Positions 1 to 8,388 of a stretch of 64,000 nucleotides of DNA are shown piece by piece. The position numbers and the translations under genes are program-made. Source of the DNA: Actinomycetota bacterium. GTDB lineage: Bacteria > Actinomycetota > UBA4738 > CALAEC01. The first letter of the stretch is position 1, and each line of letters begins with the position of its first letter. The stretch lies in contig JBOGWB010000009.1 in assembly GCA_050693035.1 (NCBI GenBank), positions 4,021 to 68,020 on the forward strand, read 5' to 3'. The notes beneath the pieces were generated by a model. That model did not search any database, was not told where the DNA came from, and worked only from the letters and a program-made list of their open reading frames with translations.

Positions 1-82
1 CGGCGACCACGTAGTAATAGAGCTGAGAGATGACGAACCCGGCCCTGCCGGGCTCCGTGGGCGCGCCGGGCTCGGCGCTCAC
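1..82 (-). CDS. 5' end of an unidentified CDS running off the window ([27 protein letters not shown]...)
   Basis: GTG at 82..80 overlaps the pdxS stop (GTGA), the coupling pattern seen repeatedly here. Only 27 codons are visible and they do not resemble PdxT. Confidence 0.25.
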   Translation of the reverse strand, partial: MSAEPGAPTEPGRAGFVISQLYYYVVA

Positions 83-969
83 CACCCCCGGACCTGGAGG
101 AGGCCCTCCTCACCGAGCTCCTTGATATCCAGGCCCCGCATGGGCTCCCCGATCCCCCGGGACACCTTCGCCAGGACCTCGGGATCGCTGAAGTACGTGG
201 TGGCCTCCACGATGGCCCGGGCCCGGGGGGCGGGATCCTCCGCCTTGAAGATCCCCGAGCCGACGAACACCCCGTCCACTCCGAGCTGCATCATGAGCGC
301 GGCGTCCGCGGGAGTGGCGATGCCGCCGGCGGCGAAATTGACCACCGGGAGCCCTCCGTTCTCCGCGACCCGGCGAACCAGCTCGAGGGGTGCGCCCAGC
401 TCCTTCGCCGCAGAGACGTGCTCATCCTTGCGCAGCGCCTTCAGCCGGGCGATGGCCCCGGCGATGGCGCGGGCGTGCCGCACCGCCTCCACCACGTTGC
501 CGGTGCCCGCTTCGCCCTTGGTCCGGATCATGGCGGCGCCCTCGGCGATGCGCCGCAGGGCCTCACCGAGGTCCCGGGCCCCGCACACGAACGGGACGGT
601 GAACTCCCACTTGTCGATGTGATGCTGCTCGTCCGCGGGGGTGAGCACCTCGCTCTCGTCGATGTAGTCGACACCGAGCGCCTGGAGGATCTGCGCCTCC
701 ACGAAGTGGCCGATCCGGCACTTGGCCATGACCGGGATGCTGACCGCGTCCATGATCTCCTGGACCCTGGCGGGGTCGGCCATGCGGGCCACGCCGCCCT
801 CGGCCCGGATGTCGGCCGGCACGCGCTCGAGGGCCATCACCGCGCAGGCTCCCGCTTCCTCGGCGATCTTCGCCTGCTCCGCCGTGGTGACATCCATGAT
901 CACGCCACCCTTGAGCATCTCGGCCAACCCGGCCTTGACGCGGAACGTTCCGGTCTCCTTCTCTTCCAT
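79..969 (-). CDS. pdxS: pyridoxal 5'-phosphate synthase lyase subunit PdxS
   Basis: 296 aa with near-canonical PdxS sequence: [67 protein letters not shown]. Confidence 0.95.
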   Translation of the reverse strand: MEEKETGTFRVKAGLAEMLKGGVIMDVTTAEQAKIAEEAGACAVMALERVPADIRAEGGVARMADPARVQEIMDAVSIPVMAKCRIGHFVEAQILQALGVDYIDESEVLTPADEQHHIDKWEFTVPFVCGARDLGEALRRIAEGAAMIRTKGEAGTGNVVEAVRHARAIAGAIARLKALRKDEHVSAAKELGAPLELVRRVAENGGLPVVNFAAGGIATPADAALMMQLGVDGVFVGSGIFKAEDPAPRARAIVEATTYFSDPEVLAKVSRGIGEPMRGLDIKELGEEGLLQVRGW

Positions 970-1018
970 GTCCTTCTCCTGAGTCTCCTGCGTCAGAACC
1001 GTCTCTCCGCCGATACGC

Positions 1019-1204
1019 TCAGGCCCCGCCCTCCAGGGTACGGTGTGAGGCCATCCGAACGCGGAGCTCGGCGTCCACGGCGGTGGCGTCGGCCCCCTGA
1101 CTCGGGCGCCAGCGCTTCATCGAGCGGAACAGTCGCCACAGCCCGAACGCTCCCGCGAGAGCGGCGGCTCCGAACGTCCACCACGAGGTCAGCCAAGCAG
1201 GCAC
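1019..1204 (-). CDS. possible small single-pass membrane protein
   Basis: GTG start, 61 aa with one hydrophobic helix ([20 protein letters not shown]), immediately downstream of the DUF3048 gene. No family recognised. Confidence 0.25.
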   Translation of the reverse strand: MPAWLTSWWTFGAAALAGAFGLWRLFRSMKRWRPSQGADATAVDAELRVRMASHRTLEGGA

Positions 1205-1241
1205 GAGGTCAGTATAGGGCTCGGCGGTGAGGGGGAGAGGC

Positions 1242-2285
1242 CTAGGAGAACTCGAACCGGTCCTCCTCGAACCGCTCCCGAGGGAACAGCTGGACCCACG
1301 TCGTCCCGGGAGCCAGAGGGATCTCGTTGCCCTGCCGGTCCTCGAACCGGGTGATGTCGTCCCTGCTCTGGCGGATCCACTGACCCCGGATGGCCCTTCC
1401 GTTCCGGAACACGAAGGCCTGTCCACGGCCGATGATCACCGGCTCCGGCACAGGATTCCCTGCCGGATCGAGGCGCCCGGTGAGCCTGACCTGCACAACC
1501 TGAACCACCACGTTCGTCGCGGACACCTGCGTCCCGTCCTCCAGCGTGTGCGGCTCGCTTCCGTGGAAGCGTAGGTAGCGACCCTGCCCGCGCTGGTACC
1601 GCCAGAACACGTCGGACTCGGGCGAGAAGTCAGCGTGCACCCGCCGGCCCCGCCTCGCGCCTTCCGGCACGTCCTCGTCGTAGGTGAAGATCGGTTCGGG
1701 GACGTCGCGTCCCCCCCGACCGGCGCGGTACAGCGCTCGGGTGGTGGTGTACACGTCGTGGGGAGCTTCTCGATTCGGGTCGAGTGTGTAGGCGTCCGGA
1801 GCCTCGTCGAAGCCTACGTCGATCAGCCCGGCGGCCCGGACCGCCTGCTTCACCTCGGGGACGCCACCCGAGTACCCGAACAGTGGGCTCCCGAACTGCA
1901 CCAGGACTTGGGGGTCAGACTCGCGCACACTGCGCACGGGGCCCAACCGCTCCGCGTCCGAGCACTGGAACATCACGATGAACCGAGTGATCCCTCCCTC
2001 TACCGGCTGCTCGTACACGATGTCCGCGGCCTCCAAGCCGATCTGGGGCCGGGACACGCTGATGTTCTCGATCTTGACCGCCAGCGCGGAGCGCTCGGGG
2101 ATGCTCCGTCCTCCGGGACGTTCGAGACCGGTGAGCGGACAGGTCTGGGGCCGACCCACCCCTCCCCCGATGCCGAACGGCGTCTCCCCTCCGGTCAGCA
2201 GGTAGTAGCCCAGGGCCGCAGCGGCCAGCAGCACCACCACCACGGCTACACCGATCAGGGTCTTCCCACGCGTGGTCAACGCCAT
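1242..2285 (-). CDS. DUF3048-like secreted/membrane-anchored protein
   Basis: N-terminal TM anchor. The block ALAVKIENISVSRPQIGLEAADIVYEQPVEGGITRFIVMFQ matches my memory of DUF3048 (YerB-like). Confidence 0.75.
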   Translation of the reverse strand: MALTTRGKTLIGVAVVVVLLAAAALGYYLLTGGETPFGIGGGVGRPQTCPLTGLERPGGRSIPERSALAVKIENISVSRPQIGLEAADIVYEQPVEGGITRFIVMFQCSDAERLGPVRSVRESDPQVLVQFGSPLFGYSGGVPEVKQAVRAAGLIDVGFDEAPDAYTLDPNREAPHDVYTTTRALYRAGRGGRDVPEPIFTYDEDVPEGARRGRRVHADFSPESDVFWRYQRGQGRYLRFHGSEPHTLEDGTQVSATNVVVQVVQVRLTGRLDPAGNPVPEPVIIGRGQAFVFRNGRAIRGQWIRQSRDDITRFEDRQGNEIPLAPGTTWVQLFPRERFEEDRFEFS

Positions 2286-2400
2286 GTAGGGGTTCCTCCT
2301 CGGAGCGGTCGCGGGACTCGACGCGGCGCGATGCTACTGCCCTCCGCGGGTCACTTCAAACCTCTCGCCCGAAGAGAGCCGGACACCGGCGCCAGCCGTA

Positions 2401-3303
2401 TCACATCTCCTCGAGGGCCTTGATCCGCTCATCCACGGGCGGGTGCGTGGAGAACAGCCGCTCCCACCGGGTCCATCCCGAGCCCGGCGTTCTCGAGGGC
2501 TGGGAGAACCAGAGGTGCGCGGTGGCGTTGTTCGAGGCCCGGAGGGGCTCGGTGCTCGCGGCGATCTTCCGAAGGGCGGAGGCAAGACCCGGTGGATACC
2601 GTGACAGGAGCGCGCCGTCCGCGTCGGCCAGGAGCTCCCGCCGGCGCGACACCGCCAACCGAATGAGCTGGGCGAACAGCGGCGCGAGGGCCGCGAGCAC
2701 GAGTCCGGCGATGGCGATGATGCCCCCGAATCCTCCCCCGCCGCGGTCACCGCGCCTTCCCCGGTAGCCTCCCCAGAAGAACGCCCGGAGCATCCAGTCG
2801 GCGAGGAGCGCGACCACTCCCACGAGGGTGGCGACGAGCGTGCCGACGAGGATGTCGCGGTTGCGCACGTGGGCCAGCTCGTGGGCCAGGACACCCTCCA
2901 GCTCCACCCGATTGAGGGCCTCGAGGAGCCCCTCAGTGACCGCCACCGAGGCGTGCTCCGGATCCCGCCCGGTGGCGAAGGCGTTGGGAGCCTTCTCCGG
3001 GATCACGTACAGGGCCGGCTTGAGGATCCCGGCCGCGATGCACAGCCCTTCCACGATGTTGTGGTACCGGGGGAACTCCTCCCGCGACGCGGGACGGGCC
3101 CGGCTCACCCTCAGCACCACGCGGTCGCCGTAGCGGTAGGACGTCCACGACATGACGCCCGCGATGATCAGGGCGACCACGATCCCGATGGGGCCCGCGT
3201 CGAACAGGATCCCGAACACGAACCCGAGGCCCGCCGCCAGGAGCAGCACGAGGAAGACGAGGAAGAACGAGCGCCGCTTGTTCCGGGCGATCTGCTCGTA
3301 CAC
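2401..3303 (-). CDS. htpX: M48 zinc metalloprotease HtpX
   Basis: 300 aa, N-terminal TM helices, HELAHVRNRD zinc motif, C-terminal STHPPVDERI. Follows lemA as is usual. Confidence 0.9.
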   Translation of the reverse strand: MYEQIARNKRRSFFLVFLVLLLAAGLGFVFGILFDAGPIGIVVALIIAGVMSWTSYRYGDRVVLRVSRARPASREEFPRYHNIVEGLCIAAGILKPALYVIPEKAPNAFATGRDPEHASVAVTEGLLEALNRVELEGVLAHELAHVRNRDILVGTLVATLVGVVALLADWMLRAFFWGGYRGRRGDRGGGGFGGIIAIAGLVLAALAPLFAQLIRLAVSRRRELLADADGALLSRYPPGLASALRKIAASTEPLRASNNATAHLWFSQPSRTPGSGWTRWERLFSTHPPVDERIKALEEM

Positions 3304-3322
3304 GCCGGTCCCTCGAACCCCC

Positions 3323-3874
3323 TCAGGGCCGGACGTCCACGGGGCCCCGGGACTCCTCCTCGATCTCGAAGAAGTCCCGCGTCCGGAAGTCCCCCTGGCG
3401 GGCCACGAGCAGGGAGGGGAACTGCTGGATGAGCGTGTTGTAGCCCATCACCTGGTCGTTGTAGAACTGCCGGGCGAACGCGATCTTGCTCTCGGTGGCG
3501 GTGAGCTCCTCCTGGAGCGCCAGGAAGTTCTCGTTCGCCTCGAGCTGCGGGTAGGCCTCCGCGACCGCGAGCAGCTGCCGGAGCCCGCGGGTGATCGCGG
3601 TCTCCGCCTCCGCCTGGTCGGGGACGGTCCCCGCGGCCATGGCCCGGGCCCGGGCCTCGGTCACCGTCTCGAAGAGCTGGCGCTCGTGTGCCGCGTATCC
3701 CTTCACCGACTCGAGGAGGTTGGGGATGAGGTCGTACCGCCGGCGGAGCTGCACGTCGATGCCCGACCACGCGTTGTCCACCCGGTTCCGCAGCCGGACC
3801 AGGCGGTTGTACGTGAGGACGACGTACAGGAGCAGGAGGGCCGCGACCCCGAGCAGGATCCAGAGCCAGGTCAC
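3323..3874 (-). CDS. lemA: LemA family membrane protein
   Basis: Track ORF 3323..4435 trimmed to the GTG at 3874. 183 aa with TM helix, then YNRLVRLRNRVDNAWSGIDVQLRRRYDLIPNL...FYNDQVMGYNT, typical of LemA. Confidence 0.85.
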   Translation of the reverse strand: MTWLWILLGVAALLLLYVVLTYNRLVRLRNRVDNAWSGIDVQLRRRYDLIPNLLESVKGYAAHERQLFETVTEARARAMAAGTVPDQAEAETAITRGLRQLLAVAEAYPQLEANENFLALQEELTATESKIAFARQFYNDQVMGYNTLIQQFPSLLVARQGDFRTRDFFEIEEESRGPVDVRP

Positions 3875-3884
3875 GGCGGGAATC

Positions 3885-4850
3885 TTAGCCCACGAGCGCC
3901 TCGACCCCCACGGCTGCAACCAGCCCGCGCAAGCGATCCATCCCCTCTCCCAGCGCTTCGAGGAGCGCGCCGTGGAGCTCGGGGGTGGAGGCGGACACGG
4001 ATGGGACGGCGGAGGCCTTCCCCTCACCGTCCAGGAGCGGCACCTCTTCCAGGGCGGCGCCGGTGGGGCTCGTGGCCGGGCATCCCAGCTCCCACAACAG
4101 GAGGAGCCCGGCCGCGACGTCGTAGGTGGTGGTGTTGAGGACATGCCCCCCGCCCACCAACCGGAACAGCTCCTCGAGCTCCGGGATCTCCTCCACCAGC
4201 CAGGCACCCGGGTCCACCATCGCGTCGAGCTGGCCGGTGGCCACCCTGGACAGAGAGTAGGTCGCGCTCCCCTGGTCGAAGAACGCCCCCCGGGCCCCGG
4301 CCACGTCGAAGATCCCGGCCAGCACCGCGGAGAGCGCCACCGCGGGCTGCCCTCGGAACCCTCCGGCCCAGAACAACCCGTCGAGGCCCTTGTGGTCCGA
4401 GGGCGAGAGCTGGCGCCCGCGGGCCGTGGCCCCACCTCCCCGCCGGGCCTCGAATTCCGCCCCCGTGGTGATCTCGACGATGCATCCGTACGTCAGGTCC
4501 CCCAGGGTGACGTCGGTGACGTCGGAGCCGTAGGGACCGACCGCCAGGGTCACGCAGCAGGTCTCGAACCCTGCGGTGCTGGGACGGGTGCCGTCGATGG
4601 GGTCCACCAGGAACAGCACATCGGGGCGTCCCCGAACGACGAGGCCGCCGTCCTCGGTGAAGTACGCCACGTCGCCGAGCCTCCCGAAGGCCTCTTCCGC
4701 CACCCGCTCGGCCACCTCGTCGATCCCGTAGGTGGTATCGCCGCCGGGAGCCGTGCCGGCGTACCGCCGGGCATCGGGGTGCCCGAACAGAGGGGCGACG
4801 GCCTCGGCGATACGACGGGCCAGCCCGAGGGCGAAGGCCTCAGCGTCCAC
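3885..4850 (-). CDS. inositol monophosphatase / FBPase-family phosphatase
   Basis: Track ORF trimmed to the GTG at 4850, which overlaps the pimA-like stop. Carries the LVDPIDGT metal-binding motif and a TEDGG region. The upstream part of the track ORF is an R/P/G-rich shadow. Confidence 0.7.
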   Translation of the reverse strand: MDAEAFALGLARRIAEAVAPLFGHPDARRYAGTAPGGDTTYGIDEVAERVAEEAFGRLGDVAYFTEDGGLVVRGRPDVLFLVDPIDGTRPSTAGFETCCVTLAVGPYGSDVTDVTLGDLTYGCIVEITTGAEFEARRGGGATARGRQLSPSDHKGLDGLFWAGGFRGQPAVALSAVLAGIFDVAGARGAFFDQGSATYSLSRVATGQLDAMVDPGAWLVEEIPELEELFRLVGGGHVLNTTTYDVAAGLLLLWELGCPATSPTGAALEEVPLLDGEGKASAVPSVSASTPELHGALLEALGEGMDRLRGLVAAVGVEALVG

Positions 4851-5937
4851 CGAGCGCCTCCTCGTACGCCGCCTCGACCTCCCGAGCCACCTGGTCCCAC
4901 GAGTACCGGCCGGCCCGGGCCCGCCCGGCCTGGCCCATGGTCCGGGCCAGCTCGGGCTCGTCGAGGAGCCGGCCCACCGCCCCGGCCAGCCGCCCGGGAT
5001 CGGAAGGCGGGACGAGGATGCCCTCCACCTCGTGGCGAACCACTTCCCGGTAGCCCGGGATGTCGCTGGCGACCACGGGAAGGCCCGCCGCCATGGCCTC
5101 GACCAGGACGATGCCGAAGCTCTCCCGTCCCGTGGCGGGGGCGCAGAACACCTCGCAGGCGGCGTGGTACGGGGGGAGCAGATCGTGAGGGACGCTCCCG
5201 AGCATGACCACTCGGTCGCGGACCCCCGGGGGAAGCGATCGGACGGCCCGGCGCTCCTTGCCGTCGCCCGCGACGACCAGCAACGCATCCGGATGGCGAC
5301 GGGTGAGCCTGGCGAACGCCCCGACCATGACCGGAAATCCTTTCCGGCGGTCCAGGCGGTTCACGAACAGGATGCGACGGCCCTCCGGCAGCCGTGCCGG
5401 CTCCGCCCCGGCGAAGGCCTCGACCTCGGCGCCGTTGGGGATGACCCGGAGCCCGTCTCGGGGAAACCGTCCCGCCACGAAACCCGCCGCCGCCTCCGAA
5501 ACGGCGATCCGCACGGCGAGCCGCCGCCACACCCCGCGCAGGGCCGGCGCGGTGGCCGCGAACAGCAGGGCCCGGTCGGCGTAGGCGTGGAACGTCGCCA
5601 CCACGGGAGCCCTGGGGAACCGGGTCGCGAACATGGCGGTCCCGGGGATGAGGGGCTCGTGGGCGTGGATCACCTCGGGACGGAACTCGTCCAGCGCCCG
5701 GCGGACCCTCCGGGCCGACGCCGGCGTGGGGCAGATCGGCGCCACCGACCCGTTGTACGGCACGCGGACCGGCCGGCCCACCGCTACCACGTGAGACTCG
5801 ACGGGCGTGGTGGAGGCGGGAGCCAGCACCATCACCCGGTGCCCCCGCTTGACCAGGCGATCGGCCAGCTGCCGAACGTGGACCTGCACCCCGCCGGTGG
5901 CGTCCCAGGCGTAGGGGCAGGCGAGGGCGATCCTCAT
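4840..5937 (-). CDS. pimA: GT4 glycosyltransferase, phosphatidylinositol mannosyltransferase PimA-like
   Basis: 365 aa. N-terminus is MRIALACPYAWDATGGVQVHV and the C-terminus has the GT4 EX7E-type region ESFGIVLVEAMAAG. Sits downstream of an HtrB-like acyltransferase, as in the mycobacterial pgsA1-acyltransferase-pimA operon. Confidence 0.75.
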   Translation of the reverse strand: MRIALACPYAWDATGGVQVHVRQLADRLVKRGHRVMVLAPASTTPVESHVVAVGRPVRVPYNGSVAPICPTPASARRVRRALDEFRPEVIHAHEPLIPGTAMFATRFPRAPVVATFHAYADRALLFAATAPALRGVWRRLAVRIAVSEAAAGFVAGRFPRDGLRVIPNGAEVEAFAGAEPARLPEGRRILFVNRLDRRKGFPVMVGAFARLTRRHPDALLVVAGDGKERRAVRSLPPGVRDRVVMLGSVPHDLLPPYHAACEVFCAPATGRESFGIVLVEAMAAGLPVVASDIPGYREVVRHEVEGILVPPSDPGRLAGAVGRLLDEPELARTMGQAGRARAGRYSWDQVAREVEAAYEEALGGR

Positions 5938-6905
5938 TCCTCACCCCCTCGCCTGGGGCGAGCGACCCCGCCCGAGCCCCCCGTCGGCCAGGCGGGTTGG
6001 AGCATGTGCCACTGGGTGGGCGCCGCCGCGATGCCTCGTTCGAACTCCGCGGCGAGCATCCGGGTCAGGGAGGCCACGTCCGCCCGACGGTCTCCGGTCG
6101 GCTCGATAGAGATCGGCGGGCGGATGACGCACAGCCATCCTCCGTCGGAGTGGTAGTTCGCCGCGGGGAGCAGCGGGCTCCCCGTGGACAGTGAGAGGGC
6201 CGCCGGCCCGGGCGGGAGCGGGCGGGTGGCCCCGAACATCTCGACGTCCACGCCCCTCCCGCTCAGGGCCCGGTCGGCCACCAGGGTCAGGAGCTCGTTG
6301 TTGGCGAGCCTCCGGGCCAGCTCCTCCCCGAGGGCTCGGCGCCCGGCGAGCGGCACGATCTGCATCCCCAGCGCCACCCGGTGCCGGTAGAACAGGTCGT
6401 AGAGCGCCCGGGGCCGGAGTTGCTCGGCCACCGCGACCATCCGGTACCCGTTGAGGTGGAGCCAGTGGCCGGCCACGTCCCAGTTGCCCAGGTGCGGGAG
6501 GGCCAGCACGGCGCCGCGACCTTCCTCCACGGCCCGATCGATGTGCTCGCGGCCCTCCATCCGGAACCGATTCAGCACCGCCTCGTCGGGGAGCACCCGG
6601 ATGTGGAACGACTCGAACCAATAGCGAGCATACGAGCGAAACACTTCATTCCCGGCCGCCTCCAGGACGGTCGACCCGAGAGGCTCGCCCAGCACCTGGG
6701 ACAGATTCCGCTCCACGGTCCTGCGGGGCCGGGCGAGCAGCCGCCAGGCGAGCAGCCCGGCGAGCTCGAACAGCGCCCCCCCGGCGCGCTCCGGGAGCGA
6801 CATGGCCAGCCGTTCCATCGTGGCGAAACCCAGGTACGCCAGCCGCTCCCTGAGGCTCTCCCGCCGAGGATCGGCAGGAGCAGAGCCCGCGCTGGCCTCG
6901 GTCAC
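5934..6905 (-). CDS. lysophospholipid (LpxL/HtrB-type) acyltransferase, PIM acyltransferase-like
   Basis: Trimmed to the GTG at 6905 (GTGA overlap with the upstream gene). ATGA overlap with pimA. Sequence includes RRTVERNLSQVLG and LPHLGNWD (HtrB-family HX4D-like region). Confidence 0.7.
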   Translation of the reverse strand: MTEASAGSAPADPRRESLRERLAYLGFATMERLAMSLPERAGGALFELAGLLAWRLLARPRRTVERNLSQVLGEPLGSTVLEAAGNEVFRSYARYWFESFHIRVLPDEAVLNRFRMEGREHIDRAVEEGRGAVLALPHLGNWDVAGHWLHLNGYRMVAVAEQLRPRALYDLFYRHRVALGMQIVPLAGRRALGEELARRLANNELLTLVADRALSGRGVDVEMFGATRPLPPGPAALSLSTGSPLLPAANYHSDGGWLCVIRPPISIEPTGDRRADVASLTRMLAAEFERGIAAAPTQWHMLQPAWPTGGSGGVARPRRGGEE

Positions 6906-7417
6906 CGGGGCTCCCGCTGGCGTCCCAGCTCCGCGATCGCCATCGCCACCACGAGGGCCGACAGGAGGACGACCGCCCACAGGGCGACCTCCACCGTCCC
7001 GACCAACAGTCCCAGCGCCACGAGGAACGGAGGCGCCGCCCGCAGCGCGACGGGAACGGTCACCCGGAAACCCAAGCCTTCGGATCGGACCCGGAGGTAG
7101 GCGGCCAGGTAGGAAGCGCCCAGGGCGAGCACTGCGGCGCCGGCCAGCCGAGGTTGCTCCGGGAGGGCCACCCAGGCGATGGCCCCCAGGATCACCGCCT
7201 CGATGAGCCGCTCCGCGACCGCGTGGAGCAGGACGAAGCGGGGGACCCCACCGGCCCCGGTCGACGCTGCGACCAGGGCGACGCCGGCCGCCACGGCCGC
7301 AGCCCCCGCCGCGCGATCCTCGCCGGCCAGCAGGAGGGCGGCAGCGGGCACGGCCCCGACCAGCGTCAGGGCCAGCAGGAGGAAGAAAGCGCCCGGGTGC
7401 ACGGGTGCCCCGCTCAT
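6902..7417 (-). CDS. polytopic membrane protein resembling a motif-degenerate CDP-alcohol phosphatidyltransferase
   Basis: 171 aa, fully hydrophobic. GAGGVPRFVLLHAVAERLIEAVILGAI aligns by eye with the G..FG..LD...DR..D segment of PgsA-type enzymes, but D is replaced by H and by E, and no DG..AR is present. Confidence 0.45.
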   Translation of the reverse strand: MSGAPVHPGAFFLLLALTLVGAVPAAALLLAGEDRAAGAAAVAAGVALVAASTGAGGVPRFVLLHAVAERLIEAVILGAIAWVALPEQPRLAGAAVLALGASYLAAYLRVRSEGLGFRVTVPVALRAAPPFLVALGLLVGTVEVALWAVVLLSALVVAMAIAELGRQREPR

Positions 7418-7447
7418 CGGGCCACCGAGCCTAGCACCGGACCACCG

Positions 7448-8305
7448 CTACCCGCCGAGCGGCTCTGGGGCCACGTCGGTCGCCGCGAACCGGAGCACGA
7501 ACGATCGAGCGACGGCCTCGGCGTCCGCCGCCGCGATGGGGGGCGGGCATCGCTGGAGCCGCCGCCACGCCACCATGGCAAGGCCCGCCTCACCCGGCAA
7601 CCCCCGGTGCGGGGCCACCACGACTTTCTCGAACTCGCGGGCCAATCCCTCGACCATCGCCACGACCTCCGGCCCGACGGTGGGATCCTGGGGCCGGTAG
7701 TACAGCAGGGCGTAGCCGTGCTCCAGGTTGTGGACAGCGGTCGGCTCGTCCACGGGCTCGTGGTACACGGAGGTCTCCGGAGGCAGCGTGACAGAGCGGT
7801 GCGGCCCAGAGGCCGCCGGCGTCGTCCGGTACTCGGGCGGCGGATCCCCCTCCTGGAGGTGGGTCCGGCCCTCGTCCGGGGTCACGCGGATCCTCGTGCA
7901 GCCGGCCCGCTCGGCGGCCTGCGCGGCGGCCGGGGCGATCCGGGCTGCCTCCTGCTCCATGGCGACGGCCGCCTGGACTCCGGCGAGGCATCCCTCGAAC
8001 GCGGCATCCCGGAGGCCCTCCGGCGCCCGTGTCGCATAGGCCTGCGCCACGTCACGGGGGGACTGGCTCGGGGCGTCGAGCTCCTGGGCCAGCACGTCGA
8101 GTCCCAGCAGCCGCCCGAACGTGCGGCATTCGTCCTCGGCCGTCTCCCCCGCCTGCGCCGCCTCCGGGGGCTCGGACCCGGTGGGCTCAGGTCCGGACTG
8201 GCCCTGCCGGCACGCCACGCCCAGCAGGGCCACCGCCACGGCGAGGATGAGGGCGGGGCCGCGGGGTCGCCCGGCTCCTTGGTCTGCACGGCGCTCGTTG
8301 ATCAT
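7448..8305 (-). CDS. DUF3105-like lipoprotein
   Basis: Start taken at MINERR (8305). Lipobox LLGVAC. C-terminal VHNLEHGYALLYYRP block is typical of DUF3105. Confidence 0.65.
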   Translation of the reverse strand: MINERRADQGAGRPRGPALILAVAVALLGVACRQGQSGPEPTGSEPPEAAQAGETAEDECRTFGRLLGLDVLAQELDAPSQSPRDVAQAYATRAPEGLRDAAFEGCLAGVQAAVAMEQEAARIAPAAAQAAERAGCTRIRVTPDEGRTHLQEGDPPPEYRTTPAASGPHRSVTLPPETSVYHEPVDEPTAVHNLEHGYALLYYRPQDPTVGPEVVAMVEGLAREFEKVVVAPHRGLPGEAGLAMVAWRRLQRCPPPIAAADAEAVARSFVLRFAATDVAPEPLGG

Positions 8306-8388
8306 GTCAGTCTGGGGTGGCTGCCTCGGAGGGTCCGAAGCGGCGCAACTATAATCCGATACGTTCCCAACGCAGGGAGTCCTCATCC

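Noticed and set aside
1-78. Expected pdxT (glutaminase subunit) directly downstream of pdxS
   Set aside because: The 27 visible codons downstream of pdxS ([27 protein letters not shown]) do not resemble the PdxT N-terminus, so no pdxT call is made.
3591-6156. Several 400-540-aa ORFs (3591..5207 +, 4550..5944 -, 4732..6156 +) overlapping the IMPase/pimA genes
   Set aside because: These are off-frame or antisense to genes with clear GT4 and IMPase motifs, and they are dominated by R/P/G/A runs.
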